Part shown: in pieces, positions 15,212-25,885 of the stretch | Layout: the number at the start of each line of letters is the position of its first letter | Position numbering within the stretch: position 1 is the first letter of the stretch | Source: a virus | DNA length: 64,000 nt | Virus record (IMG/VR): IMGVR_UViG_3300046820_000975 | Location: 32,001-96,000 of that record | Strand: one strand, 5' to 3' | Position numbers and translations under genes: made by a program | The notes under the pieces: generated by a model | Database searches by the model: none | Seen by the model: the letters and a program-made list of their open reading frames with translations, nothing else | What the model was told of the DNA's origin: nothing

Positions 15212-17412
15212 TGTATCGTAGTATACCCACATATAATGACACAACTGGTGAGTGGTCACACACAGATTTTGGAACACGTGAAGAGTTTGTAGAATTTTTG
15301 TGGTCTATATTCAAAGAACCTGGCTTGTATAACTTTGATGAAACATCATTAAAGTTTAATGAGCAAGCACGTATCTTTAACAAGAATGGATTCTACTGTG
15401 TAGCACCAAACAGAAGTAAGGACTTTGTACAGTACTGGGATGACCAAAAAGATAAATGCAGAAATGGTGTTATTTATATTGGTAAATCTGGCACATGGTA
15501 TCTACCACGTGGATATTACATGTGGTTAAACTTCTTACCTATCTATAATAAAGAGGTAGCCAAGTTTACATTTGCTGATGTTAGAGATGCACAGTACCAT
15601 ATGGCATTGTATGAAGAGATTGCAAAACACTCTTATAAACATGTGGCAATCCTTAAGAAACGTCAGATTGCGTCTTCTTACTTCCACGCTGGTATTTTAA
15701 TTAACTCATTCTGGTTTGAAGAAGGTTCTATCAATAAGATTGCTGGTTCCTTAAAAGATTACATTAATGAGAAAGGTACATGGCGTTTTTTGGAAGAGTA
15801 CAGAAACTTCCTGAATACACATACAGGTTGGTATAGACCATGTAATCCAGATAAGGTACTTAACTGGGAACAGAAGATTGAGGTAAACCAAGGTGGCAAA
15901 AAACGTGACGTTGGTTTAAAATCAGTTGTTATTGGTACAGCGTTAGATAAAGATCCAACAAATGGTGTCGGTGGTCCTTGTTCTATCTTCTTTCATGAGG
16001 AAGCAGGTATTGCTCATCAAATGGGTACAACACTAGAGTATTTGCTACCTGCCATGAAATCTGGTATGATCTATACAGGTATGTTTATTGCAGCAGGATC
16101 TGTGGGTGATTTGGAACAATGTGAACCTTTGAAAGATCTTATACTAAATCCTGACGCAAAAGATGTACTTAAAGTAAGTACAGATCTGTTAGATGATCAG
16201 GGTCAAATAGGAGAATGTGGATTGTTTATACCTGAGCAATGGAGCATGTTACCATGTATAGACAACTTTGGTAACAGTCTTGTTGAGAAAGCAAAAGAAT
16301 TAATTCTGGCAGAACGTATTGAGTGGAAACAGAAACTAAGAGCTGATGAATATCAGTTACGTGTTTCTCAGAAACCTATGTATATCTCAGAAGCTTTCAG
16401 TTCAAGAAAAGCCAGTGTGTTTCCTATGCACTTGGTAACCAAGCAGTTACGCAGAATTGAGGACAAAGAATACTTTACAGAACATCTTGAATTATCACGC
16501 GATGACGCAGGTAAAGTAGTAGCTAAAGAATCACGTAAGCTACCTATCAGAGAGTTTCCTATATCTCCAAAGACACAAGACAAGGAGGGCGTGTTATGCG
16601 TTTACGAAAGACCTGCAAAAGATCCTGCGTTTGGAACTTATTATGCAAGTATTGACCCTGTATCTGAAGGTAAAACAACAACATCAGATTCATTGTGTTC
16701 TATATATGTTTACAAAACTAGCTTAGAAGTAACAAAGCATAAAGCTGATGGTACAATAGAACAGTCAATTGAAAGAGACAAAATTGTAGCTTCTTGGTGT
16801 GGACGTTTTGACGATCTTAATAAAACGCATGAACGTCTGGAAATGATTATTGAGTGGTATAATGCTTGGACAATTGTGGAAAATAACGTTTCTTTGTTTA
16901 TCCAGTACATGATATCACGCAGAAAACAAAAGTATTTGGTACCAAAAAGCCAGATTATGTTCCTTAAAGAACTAGGTTCTAACTCCAATGTATACCAAGA
17001 GTATGGTTGGAGAAACGTAGGTAACATCTTTAAAGGAAACTTGATATCTTATGCTGTGCAGTTTTTGGAAGAAGAGATACACCATGAAACTAAAACTGAT
17101 GGGGAGATTGTTAAAACTACCTATGGTATTGAGCGTATCCCAGATATCATGTTATTAAAAGAAATGCAAGCTTACAGAGATGGATTGAACGTGGATAGAC
17201 TAGTAAGTTTTTGCGCATTGGTGGCATTTGCAAGGGTTCAAGAGTCAAACAGAGGATATTCACGTCGTGTTGAACGAGAAGACACCAGTAATTTGGATAA
17301 CTTGTCTAAAAGAGGTATATTAAGTATGAACCCCCACCATAATAACAGAAGGGGGCAAACAACTGTTTCACCATACCACAAACCTCGCAATCCATTTAGA
17401 AACCTACGTTAG
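15211..17412 (+). CDS. terL: Terminase large subunit
   Basis: LKKRQIASSY ATPase motif, FFHEEAG Walker B and YASIDPV RuvC-like nuclease motif; directly precedes the portal gene. Confidence 0.92.
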   Translation: MYRSIPTYNDTTGEWSHTDFGTREEFVEFLWSIFKEPGLYNFDETSLKFNEQARIFNKNGFYCVAPNRSKDFVQYWDDQKDKCRNGVIYIGKSGTWYLPRGYYMWLNFLPIYNKEVAKFTFADVRDAQYHMALYEEIAKHSYKHVAILKKRQIASSYFHAGILINSFWFEEGSINKIAGSLKDYINEKGTWRFLEEYRNFLNTHTGWYRPCNPDKVLNWEQKIEVNQGGKKRDVGLKSVVIGTALDKDPTNGVGGPCSIFFHEEAGIAHQMGTTLEYLLPAMKSGMIYTGMFIAAGSVGDLEQCEPLKDLILNPDAKDVLKVSTDLLDDQGQIGECGLFIPEQWSMLPCIDNFGNSLVEKAKELILAERIEWKQKLRADEYQLRVSQKPMYISEAFSSRKASVFPMHLVTKQLRRIEDKEYFTEHLELSRDDAGKVVAKESRKLPIREFPISPKTQDKEGVLCVYERPAKDPAFGTYYASIDPVSEGKTTTSDSLCSIYVYKTSLEVTKHKADGTIEQSIERDKIVASWCGRFDDLNKTHERLEMIIEWYNAWTIVENNVSLFIQYMISRRKQKYLVPKSQIMFLKELGSNSNVYQEYGWRNVGNIFKGNLISYAVQFLEEEIHHETKTDGEIVKTTYGIERIPDIMLLKEMQAYRDGLNVDRLVSFCALVAFARVQESNRGYSRRVEREDTSNLDNLSKRGILSMNPHHNNRRGQTTVSPYHKPRNPFRNLR

Positions 17413-17437
17413 GTAAATCACACAATATTATAAGAAT

Positions 17438-20170
17438 ATGGCACTAGTATATAATGCAATGCAGTTAAAGAATGGGGCGAAAGCAGAGTACAACCGTATG
17501 GGTACTTTGACTCAACCTGTTCAATTTTTGCCACGTGATGAAAAAAGTGATTCATGGGGTGGATGGAACATGGACTGGTTAGAGATGCAAGGTCTCAAAC
17601 AGTTAAGACGTAATGCACGCAGATTGTTAAAGAACTATAAATTAGCAAATGGTGTTATTGACAGAACTGACTACATTATTGAAGAAGATAATGAAATGGC
17701 AGATCTTATTGAAACCTTGACTAAAGAAGATCAAAGTGCGTTTGAATTAAAGTTTTTCCCAATTGTACCAAACGTATTAAATGTATTAACAGGAGAATTT
17801 GCTAAACGCAATGATCGCATTATTTATCGCGCTGTTGATGAAACGAGCTTCAATGAATTGTTGGAAGCAAAACGTACTATGTTGGAAGAATCGCTTGTTG
17901 CACTTGGTGAACAAAGGATGCAAGAAAACATTCAAAAGATGGGCCTTAATCCTCAAGATCAACAACAAGCACAACAGATTCAACAAATGATGTCTCCTGA
18001 GAGCATCAAGAGTTTACCAGAAATTGAAGAGTTTTTTAAAAAGGACTATCGTTCTTTGGTAGAAGAATGGGCAACTCACCAACACAAAGTTGATGAGGAG
18101 CGCTTTTATATGAAAGAATTAGAGAATCTTGCATTCAGAGATATGCTTATTACAGATCGTGAGTTCTGGCATTTCAAGATGAATGAGGATGACTATGATA
18201 TTGAGATTTGGAATCCAGTATTAACATTCTACCACAAATCTCCTGATGCACGTTACATTTCACAATCTAACTGGGCAGGACGTATGGATCTTTTAACGTT
18301 ATCTGACGTTATTGATAAGTATGGTTGGATGATGTCTGATGATCAGTTAAAGTCTTTGGAAGCTATTTATCCTGTAAAATCTGCAGGTTATATGATTCCA
18401 GGTGTACAGAATGATGGTAGTTACTATGATCCTACACGTTCACATGAGTGGAACGTACAAGGACCATCATTAGGTATGCGTCAGTTCCTTAGCGCACGTG
18501 ATACATTTGTTAATACAGGTGATGATATTATCTTCCGCATTCTTAATGAATCAGAAGACTTGCAAGATTTAAGTAATTTGAATTTGCTACGTGTAACTAC
18601 TTGTTATTGGAAGAGCCAACGTATGGTTGGTCATCTAACTAAAGTAGATGAGGAAGGTATGTTGGAAGATATGATTGTAGATGAGAACTACAAAGTAACA
18701 GTTAAACCAATATATGACACGTCTGTGTTTAAAAAGAAATCACGTGAAACATTAGTTTCTGGTGAGCACATTGATTGGATCTGGATTAATGAAGTTTGGG
18801 GTGGTGTCAAAATTGGACCAAACAGACCAAGTTTCTATGGTAACGTTGATAACATGGGATTCTCTCCTATCTATTTAAATGTTAAACCAGTTAAGTTCCA
18901 GTTCAAAGGTGACTTTACTTTATATGGTTGTAAGCTTCCAATTGAAGGTGCTGTATTCTCTGATCGTAATACAAAGAGTACATCATTAGTAGATAAGATG
19001 AAACCTTACCAGATTGGCTATAATCTAGTTAATAACCAGATTGCTGATATCTTGGTAGATGAATTAGGTACTGTAATTGTACTTGATCAAAATGCATTAC
19101 CACGTCACTCAATGGGTGAAGACTGGGGTAAGAACAATTTCTCAAAAGCATTTGTGGCAATGAAGAATTTCCAGATGCTTCCTTTAGATACTACAATTGC
19201 TAATACTGAAAGCGCTACTAACTTCCAACATTATCAAGTGTTGAACTTAGATCAAACTAATCGTTTGATGACACGTATTCAGTTATCTAACTACTTTAAG
19301 AGTCAGTGTTTTGAAGCTATTGGTGTTAATCCTCAACGTATGGGTACACCTATTTCACAGCAAACTGCTACTGGTGTAGAACAAGCAATGAACGCTTCTT
19401 ACTCACAAACTGAGATGTACTTTGTACAACACTCAGAATACTTAATGCCACGTGTACACCAAATGCGTACAGACTTGGCACAGTACTATAACTCTAACAG
19501 ACCATCTTTACGTTTACAATACGTAACTAGCTTGGATGAAAAAGTTAATTTCCAAATCAATGGTACTGAGTTACTTGCACGTGATTTAAATGTATTTGCT
19601 ACAACACGTGTTAGTCAGCGTCAAGTTATGGAACAAATACGTCAACTTGCATTAAATAACAATACTGCAGGTGCTTCTATTTATGATTTGGGTAATATCA
19701 TCAAAGCTGATTCATTAGCTGAGATTACACATGTTATGAAGGGTATTGAAGAGAAGAATACAAATGCTAAGCAGCAAGAACAACAAGCAATGCAAGAGAC
19801 TGAGAAAATGAAGCAAGAAGCAGAAAATCAACGTCAAGAAGCAATGCTTAAATTCCAAGCTGAACAAAAAGCATTGGATCGTGCAAATGATATCCAAGTT
19901 GCTGAAGTACGTTCTGCTGGTTACACTGCTATGCAAGACATGAACAAAGACAACCAATCAGATTATATTAACACACTTGAATACTTGGATAAGAAGCGCG
20001 CACGTGAAACAGATCAAGCTTTATCACGTGACGCAGCTTTAACAAAACAAGCGTCTGAGCAACAAAAACTTGATTTGAAACGTCAAGAAATTGCATCACG
20101 CGAAAGAATTGCAGACAAGCAAGTTCAAGTTGCACGTGTGAACAAGAACAAGTACGACAAAAAAGATTAA
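17438..20170 (+). CDS. Portal protein
   Basis: 910 aa after terL, with SLVDKMKPYQIGYN and GVNPQRMG motifs and a Gln-rich coiled-coil C-terminus typical of crAss-like portals. Confidence 0.88.
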   Translation: MALVYNAMQLKNGAKAEYNRMGTLTQPVQFLPRDEKSDSWGGWNMDWLEMQGLKQLRRNARRLLKNYKLANGVIDRTDYIIEEDNEMADLIETLTKEDQSAFELKFFPIVPNVLNVLTGEFAKRNDRIIYRAVDETSFNELLEAKRTMLEESLVALGEQRMQENIQKMGLNPQDQQQAQQIQQMMSPESIKSLPEIEEFFKKDYRSLVEEWATHQHKVDEERFYMKELENLAFRDMLITDREFWHFKMNEDDYDIEIWNPVLTFYHKSPDARYISQSNWAGRMDLLTLSDVIDKYGWMMSDDQLKSLEAIYPVKSAGYMIPGVQNDGSYYDPTRSHEWNVQGPSLGMRQFLSARDTFVNTGDDIIFRILNESEDLQDLSNLNLLRVTTCYWKSQRMVGHLTKVDEEGMLEDMIVDENYKVTVKPIYDTSVFKKKSRETLVSGEHIDWIWINEVWGGVKIGPNRPSFYGNVDNMGFSPIYLNVKPVKFQFKGDFTLYGCKLPIEGAVFSDRNTKSTSLVDKMKPYQIGYNLVNNQIADILVDELGTVIVLDQNALPRHSMGEDWGKNNFSKAFVAMKNFQMLPLDTTIANTESATNFQHYQVLNLDQTNRLMTRIQLSNYFKSQCFEAIGVNPQRMGTPISQQTATGVEQAMNASYSQTEMYFVQHSEYLMPRVHQMRTDLAQYYNSNRPSLRLQYVTSLDEKVNFQINGTELLARDLNVFATTRVSQRQVMEQIRQLALNNNTAGASIYDLGNIIKADSLAEITHVMKGIEEKNTNAKQQEQQAMQETEKMKQEAENQRQEAMLKFQAEQKALDRANDIQVAEVRSAGYTAMQDMNKDNQSDYINTLEYLDKKRARETDQALSRDAALTKQASEQQKLDLKRQEIASRERIADKQVQVARVNKNKYDKKD

Positions 20171-20279
20171 CAAGATAGCGTTATAGTGCATATTTAATAC
20201 ACTTTACCTTTCTAAAATGTAAATCTTTCAAGTTTATCTTGTAGATTGTATATGAAGATAAATTTAAACCAACTATCTT

Positions 20280-21521
20280 ATGAGTATTGAAAACAAAAAC
20301 ACTACAGTTGATAGTGTTACAATTGACAGCATTGATGACTTTTTACCTATGCCAGGTGCTGAATCAATAGTAACACCAGAAGGTGGTGAAGAAGAAAAAC
20401 CAGGAATTTTTTCAGCTCCTGGAAAAACAGTTGACATGGGATTCCTTGAATCTGATAAAGATGATGAGGAAAAAGAACCAACAGCAACTGAGAAAAAAGC
20501 TGAAACAGCACAAGCATTAGCTGCTTTAGATTCAGAACTTGAAGCTGCTGCAGAAGATGAAGAAGCTGGAAAACCTGGACGTAAGCGCTTAGACAAAAGT
20601 GGTCTAGTAGATACATTCAGTAAACTCATCGAAGAAGGAATGATTGTTCCTTTTGAAGATGAAAAACCTTTGGAAGAGTATTCTATTAAAGATTGGAAAG
20701 AGTTGCTTCAAGCAAATTTTGAAGAACGCGAAAGATCAATTAGAGAACAAACTCCAAAAGAGTTCTTTGAATCTTTACCTCAAGAGTTACAGTATGCAGC
20801 TGAGTATGTTGCACGCGGTGGACAAGACATGAAAGGTCTTTTCCAAGCTTTAGCTCAAGTAGAAGAAGTACGTAACTTAGATGTCAATGAACCTGGACAT
20901 CAAGAAATCATTGTACGTCAATACTTACAAGCAACTAACTATGGTAATGGAGATGCAGATCTTATTGAAGATCAAATTACTGAGTGGATGGAAATGGGTA
21001 CACTAAGTAAAAAAGCACTTCAGTTTAAACCAAAGTTAGATCAAAAGCAAGAAGAAATTGTTCAATATAAACTTGCACAACAAGAAGCTTTCCGTCAACA
21101 ACAAGAAGAACAAAAACGTGCCTACATGGACAACATTTATCACACCTTGAAACCAGGTGATTTAAATGGTGTTAAGTTGGATGGCAAACGTCAGAAGTTC
21201 TTATGGGATGAATTAACTACTGTAAAGTATGCTTCAATGACAGGACGTCCAACTAACTTGTTGGGTAAATTGTTAGAAGAGCATCAGTTTGGTAAAACTC
21301 CTCGTTATGACTTGATTGCAGAAACACTTTGGTTATTATCTGATCCAGATGATTATAAAGAAAACATTCGCAAGCAAGTTAAATCTGAAGTTACACAGGA
21401 TACAGTACGTAAACTAAAAACTGAAGAAGCACGCAAAATTGCTAGTTCTAATAAAGACGAAGAGGATGAAAAGCCAATCTCACGTAAGATTCCACGTCCT
21501 GCAAACATTTTTAAACGTTAA
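20280..21521 (+). CDS. Acidic scaffold-like protein (between portal and MCP)
   Basis: Very acidic N-terminus, coiled coil, conserved position. Confidence 0.7.
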   Translation: MSIENKNTTVDSVTIDSIDDFLPMPGAESIVTPEGGEEEKPGIFSAPGKTVDMGFLESDKDDEEKEPTATEKKAETAQALAALDSELEAAAEDEEAGKPGRKRLDKSGLVDTFSKLIEEGMIVPFEDEKPLEEYSIKDWKELLQANFEERERSIREQTPKEFFESLPQELQYAAEYVARGGQDMKGLFQALAQVEEVRNLDVNEPGHQEIIVRQYLQATNYGNGDADLIEDQITEWMEMGTLSKKALQFKPKLDQKQEEIVQYKLAQQEAFRQQQEEQKRAYMDNIYHTLKPGDLNGVKLDGKRQKFLWDELTTVKYASMTGRPTNLLGKLLEEHQFGKTPRYDLIAETLWLLSDPDDYKENIRKQVKSEVTQDTVRKLKTEEARKIASSNKDEEDEKPISRKIPRPANIFKR

Positions 21522-21552
21522 CCTTAAACAATAAACAAAATAAACAATTACT

Positions 21553-23199
21553 ATGTCAACACCTGTTTTAAACAACGGACTGTTCCTACGCGATACTAAC
21601 TACAAGGTTAGTTCCCATGTGGACAGCTACCACTTGGTGAACATGCTAAAGAACACTGAACCTATGGATTTAGGTCCAGTTGATCTTTGGGCAATGACCC
21701 AAAAGGTAGAAATGCCTCTTTATCAGATGGCATCATTTGGTGGTAAAAACACCATTTTAGTAGACAACGCTCGTGGCGAGTACAAATGGCAAACTCCTAT
21801 CGTACAGGATTTACCTTACATCGTTGAAGACGTTGAACCTACAAACACTACACTTGGTATTGATGGTACTACCTTCAAAATCAAATTAAACAAGCGTGCT
21901 TTTGGTCACGGTGATATCATCACTTATGACAAGTACAAGGGATTGGAAATGTACATCGTTGCTGATGACATTCTTCCTGGCGCTGATGGATTTATCTACA
22001 CTGTTCAGTTGGTTAACAACAACAGTACTGCTTCTTTGGATAAGAAGTATTTGAAACCTGGTACTAAGTTCTTCCGTAAAGGTTCTGCTCGTGGTGAATA
22101 CGGTGAGCGTTTCTCTGACATTGGAGAATTGAACGCTGGTTTCCGTGAGTACTACAACTTTGTTGGTGGTGCTGAAGCTCACGTTCACTATTCAGTATCT
22201 TCTCGTGCAGAGTTGATGATGAAAGGTGGTTTGAATGCTGATGGTACAGTTCCTGTAACTGAGATCTGGCGTTCATTTGACTCAAATCTTGCTAACGATC
22301 CTTCATTGACTAACATTGATGCGATGGTTAACAAAATGGGTAAAGACTACATCAAGAAAGCTTATGACAATGGTACATTGACTCGTACGTTCTTGACAAA
22401 GATGGAAGCTGCTCACTTGAGCAAAGTTGCTAATGACATCGAAACTTACTTAATGTGGGGACAAGGTGGAAAGATTAAGCAAGATGGTCCAGATGATATC
22501 CGCTTGTCAGTGGGTCTTTGGGGTCAATTGGATAACTCTTTCAAACGTGTTTACAATAAGTCTGGTTTCAGTCTTGAGTTGTTCCGTTCTGAGATCTTCA
22601 ACTTCTACAATGGTAAGGTTGAATTAAAAGGACCAGATCCTCAACGTCAGATCATTGTACAAACTGGTATGGCTGGTATGCGTTTGATCAACGAAGCAAT
22701 CAAGAAGGAAGCTTTCACAGCTAACTTAGGTGGTGGTCTTATCGCAAACATGGATAAATCAGGTGTTGGTGCTATTTCTGGTAACAACTCTATGGATTTG
22801 AACTTTGGTTTTGCGTTCACTAGCTACACAATTCCATTCTTAGCTAACGTTAAGTTTGTATTGAACCCAGCTTTTGATAACGTTCATACCAACGATATTG
22901 AGAATCCAATCATTGATGGATATCCATTAAGCTCTTACAACTTCATCGTGTTTGATATCACTGATAACACAAATGACAACATTTACTTGTTGAAATTGAA
23001 GTGGGATAGCGAAATGAGATGGTTCTACCAAAACGGTACTATGGATTACATGGGACGTACGCAAGGTTTCGCTTCTAGTGGAAACTTCAACGGATACCGC
23101 GTATTCATGACACAAACAATGCCTTCTATCTGGGTTAAAGATCCAACGAAAGTATTGAAGATCGTTATGCGTAACCCAATCACTGGTGGTTCATTCTAA
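21553..23199 (+). CDS. Major capsid protein
   Basis: 548 aa with strongly biased codon usage (high expression); C-terminal IWVKDPTK motif; crAss-like synteny. Confidence 0.9.
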   Translation: MSTPVLNNGLFLRDTNYKVSSHVDSYHLVNMLKNTEPMDLGPVDLWAMTQKVEMPLYQMASFGGKNTILVDNARGEYKWQTPIVQDLPYIVEDVEPTNTTLGIDGTTFKIKLNKRAFGHGDIITYDKYKGLEMYIVADDILPGADGFIYTVQLVNNNSTASLDKKYLKPGTKFFRKGSARGEYGERFSDIGELNAGFREYYNFVGGAEAHVHYSVSSRAELMMKGGLNADGTVPVTEIWRSFDSNLANDPSLTNIDAMVNKMGKDYIKKAYDNGTLTRTFLTKMEAAHLSKVANDIETYLMWGQGGKIKQDGPDDIRLSVGLWGQLDNSFKRVYNKSGFSLELFRSEIFNFYNGKVELKGPDPQRQIIVQTGMAGMRLINEAIKKEAFTANLGGGLIANMDKSGVGAISGNNSMDLNFGFAFTSYTIPFLANVKFVLNPAFDNVHTNDIENPIIDGYPLSSYNFIVFDITDNTNDNIYLLKLKWDSEMRWFYQNGTMDYMGRTQGFASSGNFNGYRVFMTQTMPSIWVKDPTKVLKIVMRNPITGGSF

Positions 23200-23214
23200 C
23201 TAATTGTGTATCTT

Positions 23215-23236
23215 TGGGGAGATAATCTTCTCCCCA
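23215..23236 (+). other. Hairpin after the MCP stop codon
   Basis: TGGGGAGA-N6-TCTCCCCA; no U-tract. Confidence 0.5.
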
Positions 23237-23407
23237 TTGACTACACATAACAATACTCCACCTCCCGTCAGTACTACTGACTTTTCTTTTCTGCCTGGCG
23301 AAATCCAGGCAACTCCTGTAAGCAACACCTTGACGTGGTTCAGGAGCTTAGGCGCAAGCTGACCAACGTTGCAAAAATTTAAAAACCCACAAACCAACAA
23401 TCTCCGT

Positions 23408-24421
23408 ATGGAAGTAACAATGATTGAGAAGCACAATTCTCTAAAAAGAAATGCTAGTATTAGCATTCGCCCTTATGTAGACAATACCTATGCAAACATG
23501 GGATTGGAACGCTACAACATGACGCTCTTTGAAGGATGTTTTCACGAAGAACCACTTATGTGTCTTGAAAACAATGGTATCAGACGTTACGTTACAGGTC
23601 TTAATGAGTTCGCACCAGAACTTAAAGATTTGGATAATGATGAAAGAGAAGCTGCAATTAAGCAGATACGTATTACAGTTGCGCAATTAGAAAAAGAATT
23701 AGCGTCAAATGTGATTGATCCAAATGATAATGAGTTTTGGAATAAAGTTAAATTGCTACGTCCTGACAATGCAGAATTCTGGGAAAAGATTGTTTTGCGT
23801 TTAGGTAATGATCCTGTGTTTTTGGATCCTGCTAAAGATCCTTATGATCTTATCAAGATGAAAGCAATTGAAGCAGGTGGATTTTCTATGATTGCGAAAT
23901 CAATGGAAGAGGCACGCAGAATTACTGGTTCTAAATTCTATTTAGATAAGTTTGAAGAAACTGCTCAAATTCGTACTGAAGTTAAGAAGTTGCGTAACAA
24001 AGCTCTTGCAGAATTGCAGAAGTTGTTTGATAAAAATCAAAACAAGTTATTCTACGTTTGTAAGATTGTTGATCCAAATTCAACACAGTATCGTAAAACT
24101 ACACCATCAGATATCATGTATGATAACATGGATAAATATATCAATGGTGAAGGAGTAGATAAGGATAAAAAGAAAACAGCACAACGTTTCTTAGATGTTG
24201 CAAATCTAGACATGGAAACATTAAAGATGCGCGCAATCGTAAAAGATGCAAACTTCTACAAGTTAATTGCAACACGTGGTGATGGTTTTATTTATCACAT
24301 GAAGAGTGCTACAATGGTAGGTAAAAACCCATCAGATGTAGTAGAGTATTTGAAAAATCCACTTAATGAGGAGATCTTAATGGATCTTACAAAGAATGTG
24401 GAGAAAATGTGGAACCAATAA
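23408..24421 (+). CDS. Conserved crAss-like protein downstream of MCP
   Basis: Start placed at ATG 23408 (MEVTMIEK); synteny. Confidence 0.75.
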   Translation: MEVTMIEKHNSLKRNASISIRPYVDNTYANMGLERYNMTLFEGCFHEEPLMCLENNGIRRYVTGLNEFAPELKDLDNDEREAAIKQIRITVAQLEKELASNVIDPNDNEFWNKVKLLRPDNAEFWEKIVLRLGNDPVFLDPAKDPYDLIKMKAIEAGGFSMIAKSMEEARRITGSKFYLDKFEETAQIRTEVKKLRNKALAELQKLFDKNQNKLFYVCKIVDPNSTQYRKTTPSDIMYDNMDKYINGEGVDKDKKKTAQRFLDVANLDMETLKMRAIVKDANFYKLIATRGDGFIYHMKSATMVGKNPSDVVEYLKNPLNEEILMDLTKNVEKMWNQ

Positions 24422-24481
24422 AATTATACCTGAGCGGGTATAATTTGATTAGAAATACTTAAATTATACCCTAACGGGTAC
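24421..24481. promoter_or_regulatory. Tandem palindromic operator-like site AAATTATACC(C/T)-N4-GGGTA
   Basis: Two copies 40 nt apart (24421 and 24461); the first has 10-bp perfect arms. Confidence 0.5.
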
Positions 24482-24487
24482 ACGCAT

Positions 24488-25186
24488 ATGAACAACAACC
24501 TATTACAAATCAAGTTTAAAGAACGCTTAAACAAATTAGCGTCTTTGGATTATGACAACATTGAATGTTGGCAGATTACTGAAGCTTTCAATAAAGCTCA
24601 GCTAGAATGGGTACGTCGTCAAGTTAATGGTATTAACCAGTCAAAAGCAGGTGATGAATCAACAGACATGAAGATTGATGATTTGCAAATACTTCTGAAA
24701 TCAGATATATTGACAACTGCTAAATACCCAACTTACAATGAGACTGAGTTTTTACCAGCTGATTATTTATACTTTAAACGTATAGGTGCAGAAGCAAAAA
24801 CTGAATGTTGTCCTAATCGTGCAGTAATTGCTTATTTAGCTGCTGAAGCAGACGTAGACAATTTATTAGCTGATGTATTACGTGGTCCAAGTGCTGAATG
24901 GGGTGAAACATTTGCTACATTTATAGGCAACAGAGTACGTATTTACACAAATGGTAAGTTTGATATTGAAAATGCTAAGTTAACTTATTATCGCAAACCA
25001 CGTCCAATCAGCTTTTATGGTTGTATGGATATTGCTACAAACACATTATCAGCAAATGTTGAGTGTGAATTTAAAGATGATATAGTTGAGTTAATTATTG
25101 ATGATGCTGTAAGTATTATTGCTGGTGATATTGAAAGTTCTAACCAGTATTCACGTAACAAAACAAATTCAAATCTTAATACATAA
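24488..25186 (+). CDS. Ring/head-tail adaptor-type virion protein
   Basis: FNKAQ, LPADY, LTYYRKP and IVELIID motifs typical of adaptor/ring proteins. Confidence 0.7.
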   Translation: MNNNLLQIKFKERLNKLASLDYDNIECWQITEAFNKAQLEWVRRQVNGINQSKAGDESTDMKIDDLQILLKSDILTTAKYPTYNETEFLPADYLYFKRIGAEAKTECCPNRAVIAYLAAEADVDNLLADVLRGPSAEWGETFATFIGNRVRIYTNGKFDIENAKLTYYRKPRPISFYGCMDIATNTLSANVECEFKDDIVELIIDDAVSIIAGDIESSNQYSRNKTNSNLNT

Positions 25187-25782
25187 TGGAACAGTCAAGC
25201 AATGGCAATATGCTAAAACGTACATTAGCGACTCCTGTTAAAAGCACTGCACCAACAGTTGCTCCTGGAGTTAAAGCACCATCAATAAAAGGTAAAAACA
25301 TTTTATTATCTGATGAGTGCGTATCTTATCTTAACTATCGCATTGAACAAGAAGAGTATTCTTCAAGAATATATCTTGCAATGTCTATGTGGTTAAACAA
25401 CAATGGTTACACTAATGCTGCTGCATTGTGGAAAAAATATTCAAATGAAGAATTAGCACATGCTGATTGGGCGCGTGAATATTTGTTAGCAATGGGTGTA
25501 CAACCAATGACTCCAAGATTGGATGCTCCAATTCAAGAGTTTTCTGGTTTACCACAAATCATCCATGATTCTTACGATCATGAGATTGTTGTAACTAAAC
25601 AAGTTAAAGATCTAGCTACTGATGCTTTTAAGAAAGGTGATCACATGTTATATGAGTTAACCTTGAAATACTTGAAAGAACAAGTAGAAGAGCATGACAA
25701 AATGCAGAACTGGGTTGATCAATTAAATGCTTTTGGTACTGACAAAGTAGCATTACGTTTACTTGACAATGAAATGGGATAA
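25186..25782 (+). CDS. ftnA: Non-haem ferritin-like protein with an N-terminal extension
   Basis: Ferroxidase pattern QEEYSSRIY, NEELAHA, DHE and EQVEE; four-helix-bundle length. Confidence 0.85.
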   Translation: MEQSSNGNMLKRTLATPVKSTAPTVAPGVKAPSIKGKNILLSDECVSYLNYRIEQEEYSSRIYLAMSMWLNNNGYTNAAALWKKYSNEELAHADWAREYLLAMGVQPMTPRLDAPIQEFSGLPQIIHDSYDHEIVVTKQVKDLATDAFKKGDHMLYELTLKYLKEQVEEHDKMQNWVDQLNAFGTDKVALRLLDNEMG

Positions 25783-25885
25783 TAATTTTTAGTAAATCTT
25801 TGAAGTTTAAAAACAGAATTGTATATTATATATGAGTTCTGTTACTCACAAAATATTTTTTTATAAACCCAAAATCTAAATTAAA

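Noticed and set aside
18731-20015. parS half-sites CACGTGAAACA at ~18741 and ~20001
   Set aside because: Only one arm matches and both lie in portal coding sequence (Arg-Glu-Thr codons).
15211-23199. Introns or inteins in terL, portal or MCP
   Set aside because: The ORFs are continuous and of ordinary length, with no intein (C...HN) or homing-endonuclease motifs noticed.
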